From a virus (taxonomy: Duplodnaviria; Caudoviricetes), in IMG/VR virus record IMGVR_UViG_3300025000_000046, positions 1 through 36,941 of that record: a stretch of DNA of 36,941 nt. One strand, written 5' to 3'. The translations under genes and the position numbers were made by a program. The notes under the pieces were generated by a model that saw only the letters and a program-made list of their open reading frames with translations, did no database searches and was not told the origin of the DNA. Below are positions 35,217 through 36,941 of this stretch, one piece after another. Position 1 is the stretch's first letter. Every line of letters begins with the position of its first letter.

Positions 35217-35723
35217 TTACTGATTGCTCTTTTTCGGGCGGCCGCCTTTACGGCCATTTTCTGCGCTCGATTTTGCTTTTGCGGCTGATTTTATGCTGCC
35301 TAATGCGCGGGCAGCATCAGCCGCAATCATGCGGGCAGTTTCAAAATCGCCCTTTTTTTTCAACTCGCGGGCTGTTTGCATATCCATATCATAGATTTCC
35401 TGATCGGTCGGCTGATAAAACGGTTCCAGTGTTGGAACCCAGCGCGCCCATGCCTCGTTGGCGGGCAGGTTAGCTGCGCGACCTGCCAGATTCATGGCCT
35501 CATCAGCCGTAGCCCATTCATACATTCCGCTCTCATCTGGAGAATAAACGAGAATGTATTTCCATTTCCCGGTAGTCTCGCTCTCCATGCGGGTTTGGAA
35601 GCCAGCCAGATTTAGTTTTTGAGCAGCGCTTTGATTTCTCTTCCAGAGCAGAGTGTTTTCGAGCTCTCGAATATCCAGGTCGGTTTCTCGGACATAGTTC
35701 AGGGTGATGTCATTGTTTTTCAT
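35217..35723 (-). CDS. Hypothetical protein with basic ENGRKGGRPKK tail (putative DNA-binding)
   Basis: AGGAG RBS; AARALGSIKS.AKA.SSAENGRKGGRP. Confidence 0.8.
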   Translation of the reverse strand: MKNNDITLNYVRETDLDIRELENTLLWKRNQSAAQKLNLAGFQTRMESETTGKWKYILVYSPDESGMYEWATADEAMNLAGRAANLPANEAWARWVPTLEPFYQPTDQEIYDMDMQTARELKKKGDFETARMIAADAARALGSIKSAAKAKSSAENGRKGGRPKKSNQ

Positions 35724-35767
35724 GATTTATCTCCTGTGCGTGTACCATGCGCACCCCGGATAATGAT

Positions 35768-36073
35768 CTATTTCCCGCGCAAAACTCTGATGAATGCCTG
35801 ATGTTCGGCGGTCAAATCAAATTCACAATAATCAGTCGGGCGGCTCTGGGCTTCTTCAGCGGTCTCGTAATCGTCCAGGGACCACCCGCCGTGGTCGGCT
35901 AACTGATGGAGCCACTGGTCACGATTGAAATTGAACTCGATCCGTTTTCCGTATTCGTTTATCTGGCCGCGAGCGGTTAGGTTTCCCAGCGTAGCTGTAA
36001 CCTGATTTTCACCAAACCGCCCAACCTGTTCGCTGATTTCAAATTTTACGCCGTTTATGTTGATTGTAGTCAT
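35768..36073 (-). CDS. Hypothetical protein
   Basis: AGGAG RBS; first gene after a consensus promoter. Confidence 0.8.
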   Translation of the reverse strand: MTTININGVKFEISEQVGRFGENQVTATLGNLTARGQINEYGKRIEFNFNRDQWLHQLADHGGWSLDDYETAEEAQSRPTDYCEFDLTAEHQAFIRVLRGK

Positions 36074-36124
36074 CTCTTCATCTCCTGTTTTTGTCTGGCC
36101 AGGCTATTTCCTAACCATGACAAT

Positions 36125-36153
36125 ATTATAAACCTATCGTTAGGTTATGTCAA
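36125..36153 (-). promoter_or_regulatory. Perfect-consensus promoter with palindromic operator
   Basis: TTGACA-17-TATAAT; spacer contains AACCTAACGATAGGTT. Confidence 0.88.
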
Positions 36154-36359
36154 TGGATTTTGTATCCAAATTCAAATCTCTAATCTATCGTTCTAAAACT
36201 TGTTCTATAAATCGCCTTGCTCCATCCACAGAAAAGTCCGATTTTGATATTAAATACAAAAATCGGACTATCCACAGAATAATCCGATTCGGAAAGGTTG
36301 TGTCAAATTATGTCAATCTACAAGATATTCCGGATACCCTCATTTTTATTGTGTCTCAC

Positions 36360-36408
36360 ATGACCACAGGAAGCCCTACAAGGCGTTTATTTCAGCAATA
36401 GGTAATCT
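36360..36408 (+). repeat. Dispersed 49-bp non-coding repeat, copy 2
   Basis: 42/49 identical to 21820-21868. Confidence 0.85.
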
Positions 36409-36575
36409 AGCACCCTCGTATTTTATCATTATTTCAAAAAACGACCCCCACATATGGGTGTGCTTATCTCGCGGGAGACTTTACGCCCATATATGGGGGT
36501 CAAAAAAGCCGGGAAAAGGTGTTTTTTCGGTCGAATTGCGTAACTACTTTTCGACAGCGGCCTTCCTGTGGGCTT

Positions 36576-36941
36576 TTAGAATAGTTTTATTTGTAGCTTT
36601 GCTTTTTCTAGCCTTTTTTTTGCAATATCAAAATATATTTTTTCGCGTTCGATGCCGATAAACTCCCTGCCAATCTCGGCGCAAGCCACGCCAGTGCTGC
36701 CAGATCCCATAAAAGGGTCTAAAATAACCTCGCCGTCAGTAGTGTAATCTGCCAAAATTGAACGTAGTAACTGTGTTGGTTTTTGTGTTGGGTGAAAACG
36801 CTCGCGCTCTCTTGAAATAAAACCCTGCTGGATAAGCACATACTTTTTTATTGAGTTGCGGTTAATATTTGTCCAAACTAACTCAGCATCACCGAATGGA
36901 TTTCTGAATTTTATTTCGCCTTTTTTATCCCACACAATCCA
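36576..36941 (-). CDS. N4/N6 DNA methyltransferase, 3' part
   Basis: HPTQKP, ILDPFMGSGSTG, FIGIE motifs. Confidence 0.92.
   Translation of the reverse strand, partial: WIVWDKKGEIKFRNPFGDAELVWTNINRNSIKKYVLIQQGFISRERERFHPTQKPTQLLRSILADYTTDGEVILDPFMGSGSTGVACAEIGREFIGIEREKIYFDIAKKRLEKAKLQIKLF
36815..36941. repeat. Terminal direct repeat, identical to 1-127
   Basis: Direct comparison. Confidence 0.92.

Noticed and set aside
34517-35473. 318-aa plus-strand ORF
   Set aside because: Overlaps the ISL3 transposase and the 35217 gene on the opposite strand; no recognisable features
36815-36941. Biological terminal repeat
   Set aside because: It is exactly 127 bp and falls mid-gene; best explained as an assembler k-mer overlap of a circular contig

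Overview
The window is an apparently complete, circular-mapping ~36.8 kb tailed-phage genome; bases 1-127 recur at 36815-36941, most likely an assembly overlap. A leftward early arm encodes a pentapeptide-repeat protein, a vWA protein, a VapE/VirE-type helicase, a C5 methylase, a Prim-Pol, and an N4/N6 methylase that spans the junction. A rightward early arm encodes an RHH-like regulator, an ERCC4 nuclease, a RecT-like annealing protein and a J-domain protein. It is followed by a ~560 nt block of structured non-coding RNAs and a membrane-protein cluster. A siphovirus-type morphogenesis operon follows (terminases, portal, MuF-like, scaffold, capsid, neck, tail tube, frameshifted chaperone, short tape measure, tail and fibre). 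Two small counter-oriented cassettes carry near-consensus promoters, and one sits within a decayed ISL3 element. I recognise no integrase, parA or endolysin. A Chloroflexota host is a weak inference only. The most unusual signals are: (1) an asymmetric motif AAAAGAGCCGG (extended GCAAAAGAGCCGGTAG) with at least 13 exact copies on both strands, inside genes in different frames and as terminator-like inverted pairs, resembling DNA uptake sequences; (2) a 146-nt tRNA-like RNA with G3-U70/A73 and an oversized middle section, embedded in a hairpin array; (3) two separate copies of an iteron-rich origin-like region. Product calls come from motif recognition by eye, not database searches.
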